Part shown: in pieces, positions 35,493-44,454 of the stretch
Numbering within the stretch: position 1 is the first letter of the stretch
Layout: each line of letters starts with the position of its first letter
Origin: Pseudomonas phage vB_PaePAO1-KEN19
Sequence record: PP456878.1
Length of the DNA: 64,000 nt
Reading direction: 5' to 3' (one strand)
The notes under the pieces: generated by a model
Databases searched by the model: none
What the model saw: only the letters and a program-made list of their open reading frames with translations
Told to the model about the DNA's origin: nothing
Translations under genes and position numbers: made by a program

Positions 35493-36326
35493 CTAATATT
35501 TTCTTCGTTCGATATCCTGTAGTTTCGCGAATGTGTCGAGCTTGTATTGGTCAACAAAATGCCAGGCTAGATCGGTAAGTGTATAGATGTCCGGACGTTC
35601 GTATTTACCGAAGTCTGGTTTCTCACGACTCAATTGAAAATCGATGAACTGATCTAATATAGGGCAACGATCTATCAGATCCTGTTCAATAGACCCAACC
35701 TTATCATTAACCAGTTCTTGGATACGTTTATAAAGGATAGGATCTGACAGAAGAGGCAGTAGGTCATGGAATACCATCGGCGGATGTTCCAGACTTTCAC
35801 GGACCCACATTGCAGCCAACAGAGGACGAAGAGAATAGAAGTATTTCTTCATCCGGATCTTCTCATCTGACAACCAACGCATTTTGGTTTGTTTGGCCAT
35901 CGAGATATAGTGCATGTAACTCGATTCAGGGATGAAGTGCTTTAGCGCAGCATCACGGATTAACTTGTAGTCCCGATCAACCTTACGGTAAACGATTGGG
36001 GAGTTTAGCCATTCCAAGAGAGTGGGGTTAGACTTGTAAGCAAGCTGAAGAGTCTTAGTGATACTCCAACCAGCTAGGTCTAGTTCTTTAGACACCATCT
36101 CTTCAATAGTATCACGTGCTTCATTATCCACACGAACATAATGACTCGGATGGTTAACGTAAATGAAACGAACGTCATAGTCACTATTAGTTGAAGCAAA
36201 GCCCCATCCACGACTACCGGACTCACAAGCATAAATAATCTTTACACCATATTTCTTTTCGATACGGTCTAGTTCTACATTAATCGTTACCCGCATCTCA
36301 TCGTTAACTGGATGACGTTGATCCAT
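35493..36326 (-). CDS. Pol-beta superfamily nucleotidyltransferase of the ANT/KNTase-like type (277 aa)
   Basis: KKYGVKIIYACESGSRGWGFASTNSDYDVRFIYV matches the GS-x9-11-DxD nucleotidyltransferase motif and resembles the kanamycin nucleotidyltransferase N-terminal layout. TAATGG overlap with the upstream gene. Confidence 0.65.
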   Translation of the reverse strand: MDQRHPVNDEMRVTINVELDRIEKKYGVKIIYACESGSRGWGFASTNSDYDVRFIYVNHPSHYVRVDNEARDTIEEMVSKELDLAGWSITKTLQLAYKSNPTLLEWLNSPIVYRKVDRDYKLIRDAALKHFIPESSYMHYISMAKQTKMRWLSDEKIRMKKYFYSLRPLLAAMWVRESLEHPPMVFHDLLPLLSDPILYKRIQELVNDKVGSIEQDLIDRCPILDQFIDFQLSREKPDFGKYERPDIYTLTDLAWHFVDQYKLDTFAKLQDIERRKY

Positions 36327-36733
36327 TATCCACCAACCTTTTCAAATTTGAGTTTTTCTTCTTTACCTGTGTCCAGATACATGAACATCGATGTACCCAG
36401 CAAGTTGTATACAAACCAACCTTTGCTCACAAGTTCCTCTTCGAATTTCAGTGGTGCCGATAGTTCGCATATAGCCTCGTACGGGATGACAATAGGCTCT
36501 TTCTCGGGCTTAGTAAGAATCAGTGCATGATCTGCAAGCTTCAACCATTGCTTGCGACTACTGATACCAAGACCAATACTAAACTCTTCACCTGGATCTT
36601 TTCCGTTAAAAAGGCTACAGCGAGTTTCTTTGGTTACTCTATTACCGGCGATACCGATCGTGAGAGGATCAGGAAAGACCCCCATCAGTTCAATAACCAT
36701 TTCAAGTTGACGCTTCAGTTCAGTGTTGTTCAT
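36326..36733 (-). CDS. hypothetical protein (135 aa), translationally coupled to the nucleotidyltransferase
   Basis: Its stop overlaps the ATG of the downstream gene (TAATGG). Confidence 0.5.
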   Translation of the reverse strand: MNNTELKRQLEMVIELMGVFPDPLTIGIAGNRVTKETRCSLFNGKDPGEEFSIGLGISSRKQWLKLADHALILTKPEKEPIVIPYEAICELSAPLKFEEELVSKGWFVYNLLGTSMFMYLDTGKEEKLKFEKVGG

Positions 36734-36841
36734 AGGACAAATTCCTTTGTATTGTATTTACGTACTACATCGGTCCACTAGGCAGGAGTCTGTGCATAGT
36801 AGTATTCGCTGAATATCCCAAATGAACCATAGGGAAATAAA

Positions 36842-36859
36842 GCCTCCCCAAAGGGAGGC
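36842..36859 (-). terminator. hairpin gcctccc-caaa-gggaggc
   Basis: GC hairpin directly downstream of the thymidylate synthase stop. Confidence 0.6.
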
Positions 36860-36866
36860 ATTTATG

Positions 36867-38333
36867 TTAGACAGCAACTTTACCAGCAATGTGTGAATGA
36901 TATTCGTAGTTTTCGATAACAAAATCATCTACACCAATTTCCCGAATATCTTTACCAATAGCTTCTTGTTTGAAACGAATAGTTGGTAGAACCTTCGGTT
37001 CACGAGTTAATTGAAGATCAGTCTGTTCTTGGTGATTAGAGTAAATATGTACATCACCACCAGTCCAGATAAACTCTTCAGCAATCATATTCATTTGGTT
37101 AGCTAACATGTGAGTCAGCAGACTATAGAATGTGATGTTAAAGGGTTTTCCTAAGAAAGTATCACAAGATCTTTGATAGAGTTGACAACTGATGGCTCGT
37201 TTCGGAGCACCATGTTGATCCAGCCATTCTACTACTGCTTCATCTGTAGCCTTTTCATAACCACGACAGACACGCAGAAGTGCTTTAACCTGCTCAGCAC
37301 TATCGAATGGAGGTTGACCACGAGTAATCTCACCACTAATCTTATCATGATAAGCATCAGCTTCGAACTGGGTTTGGTCTAGAGCTTGCACTCGTTCATC
37401 TACGGTCAGTTCACGGGTCCAGAACTGAATAAATGCGTGGCAAGGTGGGAGTGCCTGCTCATCAATAAGATGTGGCGCCCATGCACAAACAATGATCCGA
37501 CGAGAATCCGGGTTGGTGCGAAGTTGATCGATGATGTCTTGGATTTGGTCGATACGTCGAGTAACCACGCATCTATCGGTTTCCATGGTTGTACCTGGGA
37601 TATCCGCCACGAAGTCAAAACCACGCTTCTCATAATCAAACCACTCATATTTAGGGATTACACGAGTGTCTTCAAGATTACGCCATGTCTTACCGTAAAC
37701 AGCACCTAGATCGCCGCCGACCAGACGCTCTGGTTCTTTATGCATCAAAGCACGATACAGTCGCTTGTTATATTCAGCACGAATACCTTCAGGATTTTTG
37801 GCTTCATCGAACCCTTCAGTAGCGAACCTATTCCACGACGTTACGCTAACTCCAATGATGTATTGGATTTCCTCACGGTTAACTGGATATTCATCCCAGA
37901 AGGCCTGAATAGTCTCTGGAGTCATACCCGACTCGAATTCCGCTACAGTCTCAATGAATGGAGTAGAGTCATCGTTCATACAATGTAAGTACATTACGAA
38001 TGGGGCACCAATGAGGGCAGTTACTGCTTTAAGAACGGCCTCATCGGTCATCGGCTCATATACTGCGGTTTCAGGTTTAACCCACTCGTTCCAGATGCGT
38101 ACACCATTAGCGATCAGGTAATCCACCTTAGTATCACCTGACAGCATCCAGAACAATTCATGAATTACAGAAGCTAGATGAATCTTCTTGGTGGTTACAA
38201 CTGGTAGCTGATTATTACGCAGACTATAACGTTCTTGTTGACCAAACATGCTCTGAGTACCAGTACCAGTACGGTCACCTTTATGTACACCGTGTTCTTT
38301 AACTAAACGGATTGAATTAAGATATTGTTCCAT
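36867..38333 (-). CDS. thyA: thymidylate synthase (ThyA) with about 200 aa of in-frame insertions (488 aa)
   Basis: N-terminus DRTGTGT...VVTTKK...HELFWMLSGDT. Active-site PPCHAFIQFW. Motifs GAVYGKTWR, DSRRIIV and QLYQRSCDTFLGKPFNI. C-terminus GDVHIYSNH...HIAGKVAV. Three insert regions relative to E. coli ThyA, at residues about 86-206, 219-260 and 306-379. Confidence 0.85.
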   Translation of the reverse strand: MEQYLNSIRLVKEHGVHKGDRTGTGTQSMFGQQERYSLRNNQLPVVTTKKIHLASVIHELFWMLSGDTKVDYLIANGVRIWNEWVKPETAVYEPMTDEAVLKAVTALIGAPFVMYLHCMNDDSTPFIETVAEFESGMTPETIQAFWDEYPVNREEIQYIIGVSVTSWNRFATEGFDEAKNPEGIRAEYNKRLYRALMHKEPERLVGGDLGAVYGKTWRNLEDTRVIPKYEWFDYEKRGFDFVADIPGTTMETDRCVVTRRIDQIQDIIDQLRTNPDSRRIIVCAWAPHLIDEQALPPCHAFIQFWTRELTVDERVQALDQTQFEADAYHDKISGEITRGQPPFDSAEQVKALLRVCRGYEKATDEAVVEWLDQHGAPKRAISCQLYQRSCDTFLGKPFNITFYSLLTHMLANQMNMIAEEFIWTGGDVHIYSNHQEQTDLQLTREPKVLPTIRFKQEAIGKDIREIGVDDFVIENYEYHSHIAGKVAV

Positions 38334-38533
38334 TACTTGATCCTCGGATTGTCTACTAGTCCACAGTTGAACCAGAGATGTTTATCATGGCGGCGCTCAT
38401 CACTAATAGATACGATCGTACCCTTACCATCTTTAAAGTTAATAATCAATGCCCGAACTCGACCATGGGTGAGAGCATTGAAAATTTTGTACGACTTTAC
38501 ACTGAATGCGATTCTTTCATCAAGACGATCCAT
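38333..38533 (-). CDS. hypothetical protein (66 aa), coupled to thyA
   Basis: Its stop overlaps the thyA ATG (TAATGG). Confidence 0.4.
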   Translation of the reverse strand: MDRLDERIAFSVKSYKIFNALTHGRVRALIINFKDGKGTIVSISDERRHDKHLWFNCGLVDNPRIK

Positions 38534-38560
38534 ACTTTATTCCTCTAGTCTTACTAATAA

Positions 38561-38854
38561 TCACAGATCAACCTCTATCCGTTTGTATTTGATTTCAACC
38601 GGAATACCTAATTCATTTTTTACAAGATTAAATGAGTTTTTTGATGGAGTGTATGTAGCAATTATAACGGCTTGACTATCAGCTACAGCTACATCTCGCC
38701 ATTCCATGTGCATGTTATCGAAATCATCTTTACCCATAATCAAGTAATAAGACGTATCATTATGCGTAATGGTATTTTCAAACGGTCTAATTACAAAAGC
38801 ACTTAAACTAGACTGTATACGGTGTCCTACTTGTTCAAGTGTAACTGTATACAT
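38561..38854 (-). CDS. hypothetical protein (97 aa)
   Basis: Same-strand ORF. Confidence 0.5.
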   Translation of the reverse strand: MYTVTLEQVGHRIQSSLSAFVIRPFENTITHNDTSYYLIMGKDDFDNMHMEWRDVAVADSQAVIIATYTPSKNSFNLVKNELGIPVEIKYKRIEVDL

Positions 38855-38875
38855 AAAACCTCCTAGACGGCATAC

Positions 38876-38895
38876 GGGAGTCCCGAAGGACCCCC
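38876..38895 (-). terminator. hairpin gggagtcc-cgaa-ggaccccc (one mismatch)
   Basis: GC stem downstream of gene 38960..39667. Confidence 0.45.
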
Positions 38896-38959
38896 TAAGC
38901 GCAACTAACCAATCGGCCAGTATTTTGCCTATAATATTAGTCTATTAAAAGTATTTTTA

Positions 38960-39667
38960 TTACAGACCAATACGAGTCAAAATTTCAGCCCAACCTTTCT
39001 CTTTAGCATATCGCAATAGGCTATTTTCAATATGGGTTTCACTATAGACAATAGGCTCATGACCACCTTGTACATGATACATTGTTAATGGTTCCACCAC
39101 ATGTTGACTAGACCAAGCATCGTATAAACGATCATTGATTTTAATCACCACATATACCATCAATTTATCGTCGATGTCAAGATCAATACCTGCTACAAAT
39201 GCATTAACATTGGAACGCACTTGGTCAGCAGTTAGTTGCACTTGCAGCCCGCCATGTACTTCAAATTCGATATCACAGATATTCTTATTTAACCAAGTAT
39301 ACACTGCCTGATTAGCATATGTCTCAATTGGATCACTACTACGTAAATCTATTAATGGACCATATGTTTCTAATGATGAGACACTGGTATCAACTAAGTC
39401 ATTCAATGAGTATTCGGTACTAGAACAACTATCTAAAACACAGATAGTGTTATCCTCGATATGGATAGGTAATACCTTGAATACCACATTAGCAACATTA
39501 GGTAATGACGTATCTGGTTCAGAACTATTGAATGGAGTATAAAATAATCGATCAGCCACTTCAGTATCAATAGTTGATACATCCATTGGAATGAATCCAT
39601 TAAGATCTTGTTTGATTACGTCATTGTGTCCAATTCCAGAAAAAGATAAATACATTTTCTCAGACAT
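38960..39667 (-). CDS. hypothetical acidic protein (235 aa)
   Basis: Same-strand ORF. Confidence 0.5.
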   Translation of the reverse strand: MSEKMYLSFSGIGHNDVIKQDLNGFIPMDVSTIDTEVADRLFYTPFNSSEPDTSLPNVANVVFKVLPIHIEDNTICVLDSCSSTEYSLNDLVDTSVSSLETYGPLIDLRSSDPIETYANQAVYTWLNKNICDIEFEVHGGLQVQLTADQVRSNVNAFVAGIDLDIDDKLMVYVVIKINDRLYDAWSSQHVVEPLTMYHVQGGHEPIVYSETHIENSLLRYAKEKGWAEILTRIGL

Positions 39668-39675
39668 ATCCGTAC

Positions 39676-39933
39676 CTATTTATTTACACAGATTAGAGTA
39701 TGTTCTACTTTACTGGTACTAGAAGAAAAATAACGTAATAGAACACCATCGCTGATTTTTACAGTCTCTACATTATTACGAATAGCACTTGCTTTAGCTA
39801 GTTTTTGAATACGCTCAATCGCGCTAAAACAAGTAGTCATGTCAGAGAACTCAGTAGTTGACTGCGATGCACCATTGGCTTGATAACCAGCGATACTGAT
39901 ACTACTAAAAAGAATTGCTAAAGTTGCATTCAT
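39676..39933 (-). CDS. secreted small protein with signal peptide (85 aa)
   Basis: MNATLAILFSSISIAGYQANGA. ATGA overlap with the upstream SspB-like gene. Confidence 0.5.
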   Translation of the reverse strand: MNATLAILFSSISIAGYQANGASQSTTEFSDMTTCFSAIERIQKLAKASAIRNNVETVKISDGVLLRYFSSSTSKVEHTLICVNK

Positions 39934-40838
39934 TTCTTACCACCTTTAATAACAGTGAGTTTTGGTGGACCAGTAGGACGAGAAGGTTTATTAATAATAA
40001 TCTGCGAATTGGAAGAATTATTGAAATCCTCAACCATCTTATTTACATCATTGTCAAATGAATTAGATGTATTATCACCCGAGTCCACAGTTGATTCACT
40101 AACCACATTTGAAATAGGGTAACTGAGGAGTTCCATCATAAGTACATTGATGTTATCCTGATAGTTTTCATTACGTGTACAATTAATAACCCGCTCACAC
40201 CAATCCATAATTAATTCTGGTGCATTCTGTTTAATTGCAGTTACCGCTACTCTAATATGTGCATCTAATTCTGGATTACTAAATTCAGTTACTCTGTTAA
40301 TGGCGCTTTCAATCATCTGATCATGCTCATTCTCAGATGTATTCCTTACAACTAACTTACCATTAGTGGTATCGGCTTTATTTTTAAAATTAACCTCAGT
40401 GACATTACCTACGGTAGTTAATACTGGGTTTTTGTCAACTACATTATTAACAGTTCCTTCTAATGTTGCACGAATAGTATCTGCATTGAGATATCTATCC
40501 ACTAGCGGCATTTCAAAGAATGCGTTAGAATTATCATCAATAGGTGTAACTACACCCAATACTGCATAAAGAGGAAGTTTAATACTGACCCCAACTCCAT
40601 TTACTGTTACATTGAAAGAGATATATTCGTCACTGATATAAAAATTCTTTGCACAGCGTGGATGGATATTGAAAGTGATAGTGTGATCTTCTTTCGCATG
40701 CTTTAGAGCTACCTCAGATAAATCAGGTACTAATTGAGTATGTGCTACAATTAGAATATCTCTGAAGTTATTCTCAAGAAACCAATCATAGGTAGCTCGA
40801 AGAATATGGCCAGTAAGTAATGATTTTACCTTTAGCAT
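39930..40838 (-). CDS. SspB-like ClpXP adaptor homologue with a long Asn/Ser-rich linker (302 aa)
   Basis: The N-terminal domain aligns with E. coli SspB: ILRATYDWFLENNF versus LLRAFYEWLLDNQL. FNIHPRCAKNF...ISFNVTV...GVSIKLPLYAVLGV aligns with LNIAPRAVGNL...VRFNARF...QVSVPLAAVLAI. A flexible N/S/D-rich linker follows. The C-terminus PKLTVIKGGKK resembles the SspB ClpX-binding tail ALRVVK. Confidence 0.7.
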   Translation of the reverse strand: MLKVKSLLTGHILRATYDWFLENNFRDILIVAHTQLVPDLSEVALKHAKEDHTITFNIHPRCAKNFYISDEYISFNVTVNGVGVSIKLPLYAVLGVVTPIDDNSNAFFEMPLVDRYLNADTIRATLEGTVNNVVDKNPVLTTVGNVTEVNFKNKADTTNGKLVVRNTSENEHDQMIESAINRVTEFSNPELDAHIRVAVTAIKQNAPELIMDWCERVINCTRNENYQDNINVLMMELLSYPISNVVSESTVDSGDNTSNSFDNDVNKMVEDFNNSSNSQIIINKPSRPTGPPKLTVIKGGKK

Positions 40839-40860
40839 ATTTGTATTACCTTTAAATAAA

Positions 40861-41328
40861 TTATAGGAAGATATCTTCTACTGAGGGCACTATATTCTTT
40901 TCTTTTACAAGTTCAGTAGATTTGGTATAATGTGCATTAAATAGTTTCTTTAAATCTGCTTTTTCATATTTTACAGTATCTGCTAATTTCCAAATAGTAA
41001 GACCTAGATGAATACTAACTGAATTAACATGTTTTACGCATAGATCAATTAATTTGTTAAACTCTTCTAATTCATTTTTAATCAACGTTGCATCTAAAGC
41101 TTGGTGCAAACGATTAGATAATTTAACTTTATCTTTGTCAATTGTAAAGTTATTTTCAATATCCTTAGCACTCATCGGTGGTTCAACTTTATACCACACA
41201 TTGGTTAGTTTACCGTCCACACGCGTCGTGATGGGATGTTTATAATCAGTCCAACTTCTATGTAGATTATGTTTATCATCAAGAACATCTACAGTAACTT
41301 TCTCATTACCTGTAAAGAATGGATACAT
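40861..41328 (-). CDS. hypothetical protein (155 aa)
   Basis: Same-strand ORF. Confidence 0.5.
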   Translation of the reverse strand: MYPFFTGNEKVTVDVLDDKHNLHRSWTDYKHPITTRVDGKLTNVWYKVEPPMSAKDIENNFTIDKDKVKLSNRLHQALDATLIKNELEEFNKLIDLCVKHVNSVSIHLGLTIWKLADTVKYEKADLKKLFNAHYTKSTELVKEKNIVPSVEDIFL

Positions 41329-41420
41329 TAGGTTGCCTTTATTTTATCAATGAGTAATTTTAATAGTTCATCATTAGTTAAATTGTCTTTATTTTTAATA
41401 ATGTCTTTTAGTTTAAACAT
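41328..41420 (-). CDS. possible 30-aa ORF (MFKLKDIIKNKDNLTNDELLKLLIDKIKAT)
   Basis: Hand-translated. TAATG overlap with the downstream gene. No clear RBS. Confidence 0.25.
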   Translation of the reverse strand: MFKLKDIIKNKDNLTNDELLKLLIDKIKAT

Positions 41421-41537
41421 ATTGAAAGTATACCACAACCACTTATGAATTATATAACAAATCACTATAACTAATAATAGTAGTGAATGTAATGCTAGCA
41501 TTATAACTACCTATTTTGATATGACTTGACCAAATAT

Positions 41538-41570
41538 GTAATATAGATTTCAAAAAAAATTTAATGCAAT
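41538..41570 (-). promoter_or_regulatory. conserved early promoter (family 2), TTGCAT-N18-TATATTAC
   Basis: The + strand reads gtaatatagatttcaaaaaaaatttaatgcaat, nearly identical to the motif at 26424. Confidence 0.45.
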
Positions 41571-41602
41571 AAAGGAGAGCTAAATAGCTCTCCTATTTAT
41601 GC

Positions 41603-41893
41603 TTATTTATTTTTCTTTCTTGACTTATCTTTAATAACTAAGTCTAATGCTTCAAACATTTTAACAGCAGTTAAATGGTCGATAGAGTATGCCTTTTTAC
41701 GTAAACGTCCAATAGCTACTGTATACTGGTATTCAGATAAACCATCACTCATATTGTCAATAATTGATAGTGCTTCTTTATAAAGCCTGTTACACTTTAT
41801 CGTGTGTTTGATGGCATAATAACCCCAGTTAATTAAAGCCATCATTATAATCAGAAACAAAATACCTATAATTACTGTCATGATATCATTCAT
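41603..41893 (-). CDS. small membrane protein (96 aa)
   Basis: N-terminal TM helix MNDIMTVIIGILFLIIMMALINWGYYAI. Confidence 0.5.
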   Translation of the reverse strand: MNDIMTVIIGILFLIIMMALINWGYYAIKHTIKCNRLYKEALSIIDNMSDGLSEYQYTVAIGRLRKKAYSIDHLTAVKMFEALDLVIKDKSRKKNK

Positions 41894-42203
41894 TTGCTGT
41901 TTCCCTATTATTACATTTTAATATAATCAATGAGTTGATATCGTAAATAAAAGATGTAAAAATATGTTGATTTGTTATTTTAGATGATTCTTTATCTATA
42001 ATGTCTTGGACAGCATTTTGATAGAAAAAATAACTTATGCCATTGGGCATTTTATCTAATACATATCTAACCTTATAAACACCCATCCAGTGAATATAAT
42101 GATTTTTTATATTAATAATGAAAGTTACACATGTTGATATAGCCGTTAGTGTTATCATTGATATAACAAATACTTTATACATTTGCAACCCACAGATTCT
42201 CAT
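41886..42203 (-). CDS. small membrane protein (105 aa)
   Basis: TM helix VFVISMITLTAISTCVTFII. Confidence 0.5.
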   Translation of the reverse strand: MRICGLQMYKVFVISMITLTAISTCVTFIINIKNHYIHWMGVYKVRYVLDKMPNGISYFFYQNAVQDIIDKESSKITNQHIFTSFIYDINSLIILKCNNRETANE

Positions 42204-42217
42204 CTAGATGAAATAAA

Positions 42218-42235
42218 CCAGCCCCGAAGGGCTGG
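42218..42235 (-). terminator. hairpin ccagccc-cgaa-gggctgg
   Basis: GC hairpin. Confidence 0.55.
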
Positions 42236-42238
42236 TAT

Positions 42239-42607
42239 TTATTTTACAACCACAGCTTTACCGTAGTTGTTATCCATACAGGTTTTAAATGATGTAACGT
42301 ATGCATCACGTGGGCTTTGTCTACGTGAATACACAACGTGCACCTCTTTAATTGCTGCTGGGAGAACATTGTAAAGAACGTTATCTTTGTTCTTCACGCC
42401 GTACCCTTTTAGGGATCGTAGGTTTTCTTCCCATTGTAAAATGGGTGTTTTACGCTGACGTGCTTCTGCTGTGGCATGTGCTATAAGTGCAACACCATTA
42501 CAGTAATTCTCGTCAACTACCAACGATGCAGCTAGTGGGTTTGATACGTATAACAACGTACTTAATACGGCCACTAACTTCATTACGTGTGTTAAACATT
42601 GCATCAC
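42239..42607 (-). CDS. secreted protein with signal peptide (122 aa)
   Basis: MKLVAVLSTLLYVSNPLAASL. Confidence 0.5.
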   Translation of the reverse strand: MMQCLTHVMKLVAVLSTLLYVSNPLAASLVVDENYCNGVALIAHATAEARQRKTPILQWEENLRSLKGYGVKNKDNVLYNVLPAAIKEVHVVYSRRQSPRDAYVTSFKTCMDNNYGKAVVVK

Positions 42608-42660
42608 GTTGTACCTAGGTTGCTAAGATCAGAATATAAAGCTACTAAAATAGCCTTAAA

Positions 42661-43260
42661 TCATTCTACAACCTTAACGTTACCATCTTCAATAACTAGA
42701 TCTTTACCTACAACATCGGCAAGATCTAACTTATCCTTTACTTCCAGTTTCTTGATACTGTGTACAAAACGGAATACAGATAGACGAAGAATTAGTTCTT
42801 CTGGTACATCAACAACATCAATAAAGTATTCTGATGGGTTGATATCACAATTGACATATTCCCAACTTTGTCTTAGTTCAGTTTCATTCTCAGTTACTTG
42901 TGCATCAAGAACTTCTTCAAAGTTAATATTGGCAATATTAGTATCATTATCATTCAGATAAGTAAATTGAAGACTAGCATTATTAATGAATTCTTCTTCA
43001 ACTACAGTTAGTGCACGTTGAGCGTGAATGGGTAGATGATATCGAATACACCCATTAATAATAACCTCATTTGCCTTTTCAATATAACGTTCTTCTTTGA
43101 ATTTTACATTAGATACGACGTAATCTAGGATTGCCTTGTAATATTCTTTATGATCTGGGTGGCTCTTTTCAATCCACTGTCGGCTACTTACGCTAATTTT
43201 TTTCTCGGCTAGAAAATCTCGGAATTTAGCACGATCGATATAAGCGGTACGTTTTTTCAT
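42661..43260 (-). CDS. hypothetical acidic protein (199 aa)
   Basis: Same-strand ORF. Confidence 0.5.
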   Translation of the reverse strand: MKKRTAYIDRAKFRDFLAEKKISVSSRQWIEKSHPDHKEYYKAILDYVVSNVKFKEERYIEKANEVIINGCIRYHLPIHAQRALTVVEEEFINNASLQFTYLNDNDTNIANINFEEVLDAQVTENETELRQSWEYVNCDINPSEYFIDVVDVPEELILRLSVFRFVHSIKKLEVKDKLDLADVVGKDLVIEDGNVKVVE

Positions 43261-43272
43261 CAGTAGTTCCTA

Positions 43273-43788
43273 TTATTTAACATTTCTAGGTGTTAGTTCG
43301 ATATGTGAACAGATCACATAAGATGCACATGCCAGTACATCTAAACCATAATACTCATCATAATGGAAATATCCTCTGAGATTACCTTGTTTAGTAAAGG
43401 TGTATTCATCAGCTAAATCTAACTCGTTACTTGTCTCTAGCACATTGATTAATTTATCATATTCAACTTTTAGTGCTATATCAGTACAGATTATTTGCTT
43501 GATATATTTATCAGAGTTTGGATCATTTTTATAATCTAAAGTATCAGTTAATACAGTGGTTAATGCTAGAATAACATAGTCATGGTAACTTTCCGGTTGT
43601 TTAATCTCACCTTCAGGTATTTCAATCCATTCCCAACCATGTCGTAATATATTTAGCATTACATGCCACTTATTGGTTTCATTACTAACCACAGCTATTG
43701 GTGAATCATTATAAGGTTTATACAAACCTGTTGTTTTTAAAAGATCTTTTTTAATAGCAGCTATATATAACGGGCGGTTTTCTGACAT
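43273..43788 (-). CDS. hypothetical protein (171 aa)
   Basis: Same-strand ORF. Confidence 0.5.
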   Translation of the reverse strand: MSENRPLYIAAIKKDLLKTTGLYKPYNDSPIAVVSNETNKWHVMLNILRHGWEWIEIPEGEIKQPESYHDYVILALTTVLTDTLDYKNDPNSDKYIKQIICTDIALKVEYDKLINVLETSNELDLADEYTFTKQGNLRGYFHYDEYYGLDVLACASYVICSHIELTPRNVK

Positions 43789-43797
43789 TTTTATAAC

Positions 43798-44127
43798 TCA
43801 CATATATTTCAAATGTTTGCCAATTGGTCTGTTAGGGTTATACATATAACCACGACCTGCTGCTGCCCTAATTACTAATTGCTGCATATCTGTTAATTTT
43901 CTATAATTATCACCAATTAATTTAAGTATAATACTTTCTATAGAATCATTAGTTAATTCAGAAGGATCTGTTACTTTGAAATAATTATATACTAATTCTC
44001 TTTTAACTAGAAAATCAACTCTTCGTTTTTCTTTAATTCGTTTATAACGTTGCGATACATGGATAAATGAAAATAAAACAACTATCCAGAATAAGGTCAA
44101 AAGTAGGTACTCATCAACTACATTCAT
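43798..44127 (-). CDS. membrane-anchored protein (109 aa)
   Basis: TM helix LLLTLFWIVVLFSFIHV. Confidence 0.5.
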   Translation of the reverse strand: MNVVDEYLLLTLFWIVVLFSFIHVSQRYKRIKEKRRVDFLVKRELVYNYFKVTDPSELTNDSIESIILKLIGDNYRKLTDMQQLVIRAAAGRGYMYNPNRPIGKHLKYM

Positions 44128-44136
44128 TTTTAATCC

Positions 44137-44454
44137 CTATCTTTTTTTTTTCAAATTATCTTGTAACTCAACTAGTGTTCTGTTTAATAAACTAATTTGT
44201 TTCTGTTGTTCACATACAAGTTCACTTAACGTATTAATCTGTGCCTGTAGTTCTTTAGTATTAGTATCAATAACATCAAGAATATATTCTTTATTTTTCT
44301 TAGGCATTCTTTGCTTCCTCAACGTTAATTCACCAAACGGCAGAAAAGATGACTGGGCAGCCAACACTCTTTTAGAATGTCTTTTGCCCAGTCTTTTAAA
44401 TGTCTTACGAAGTTTAATTGGTATAAGCATTAAATAATATCTCTTGATGCCCAT
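44137..44454 (-). CDS. basic coiled-coil protein (105 aa)
   Basis: Basic N-terminus, then a heptad-like C-terminal half ELQAQINTLSELVCEQQKQISLLNRTLVELQDNLKK. Confidence 0.45.
   Translation of the reverse strand: MGIKRYYLMLIPIKLRKTFKRLGKRHSKRVLAAQSSFLPFGELTLRKQRMPKKNKEYILDVIDTNTKELQAQINTLSELVCEQQKQISLLNRTLVELQDNLKKKR

Noticed and set aside
36867-38333. Inteins or a group I intron in thymidylate synthase (T4 td has an intron)
   Set aside because: The reading frame is continuous, so there is no intron. The inserted segments do not begin with Cys/Ser/Thr and lack a terminal His-Asn plus nucleophile junction, so they are not inteins.
37173-38675. Several + strand ORFs of 69-116 aa overlapping thyA and its upstream gene
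   Set aside because: They are antisense to a motif-validated gene, a typical artefact.
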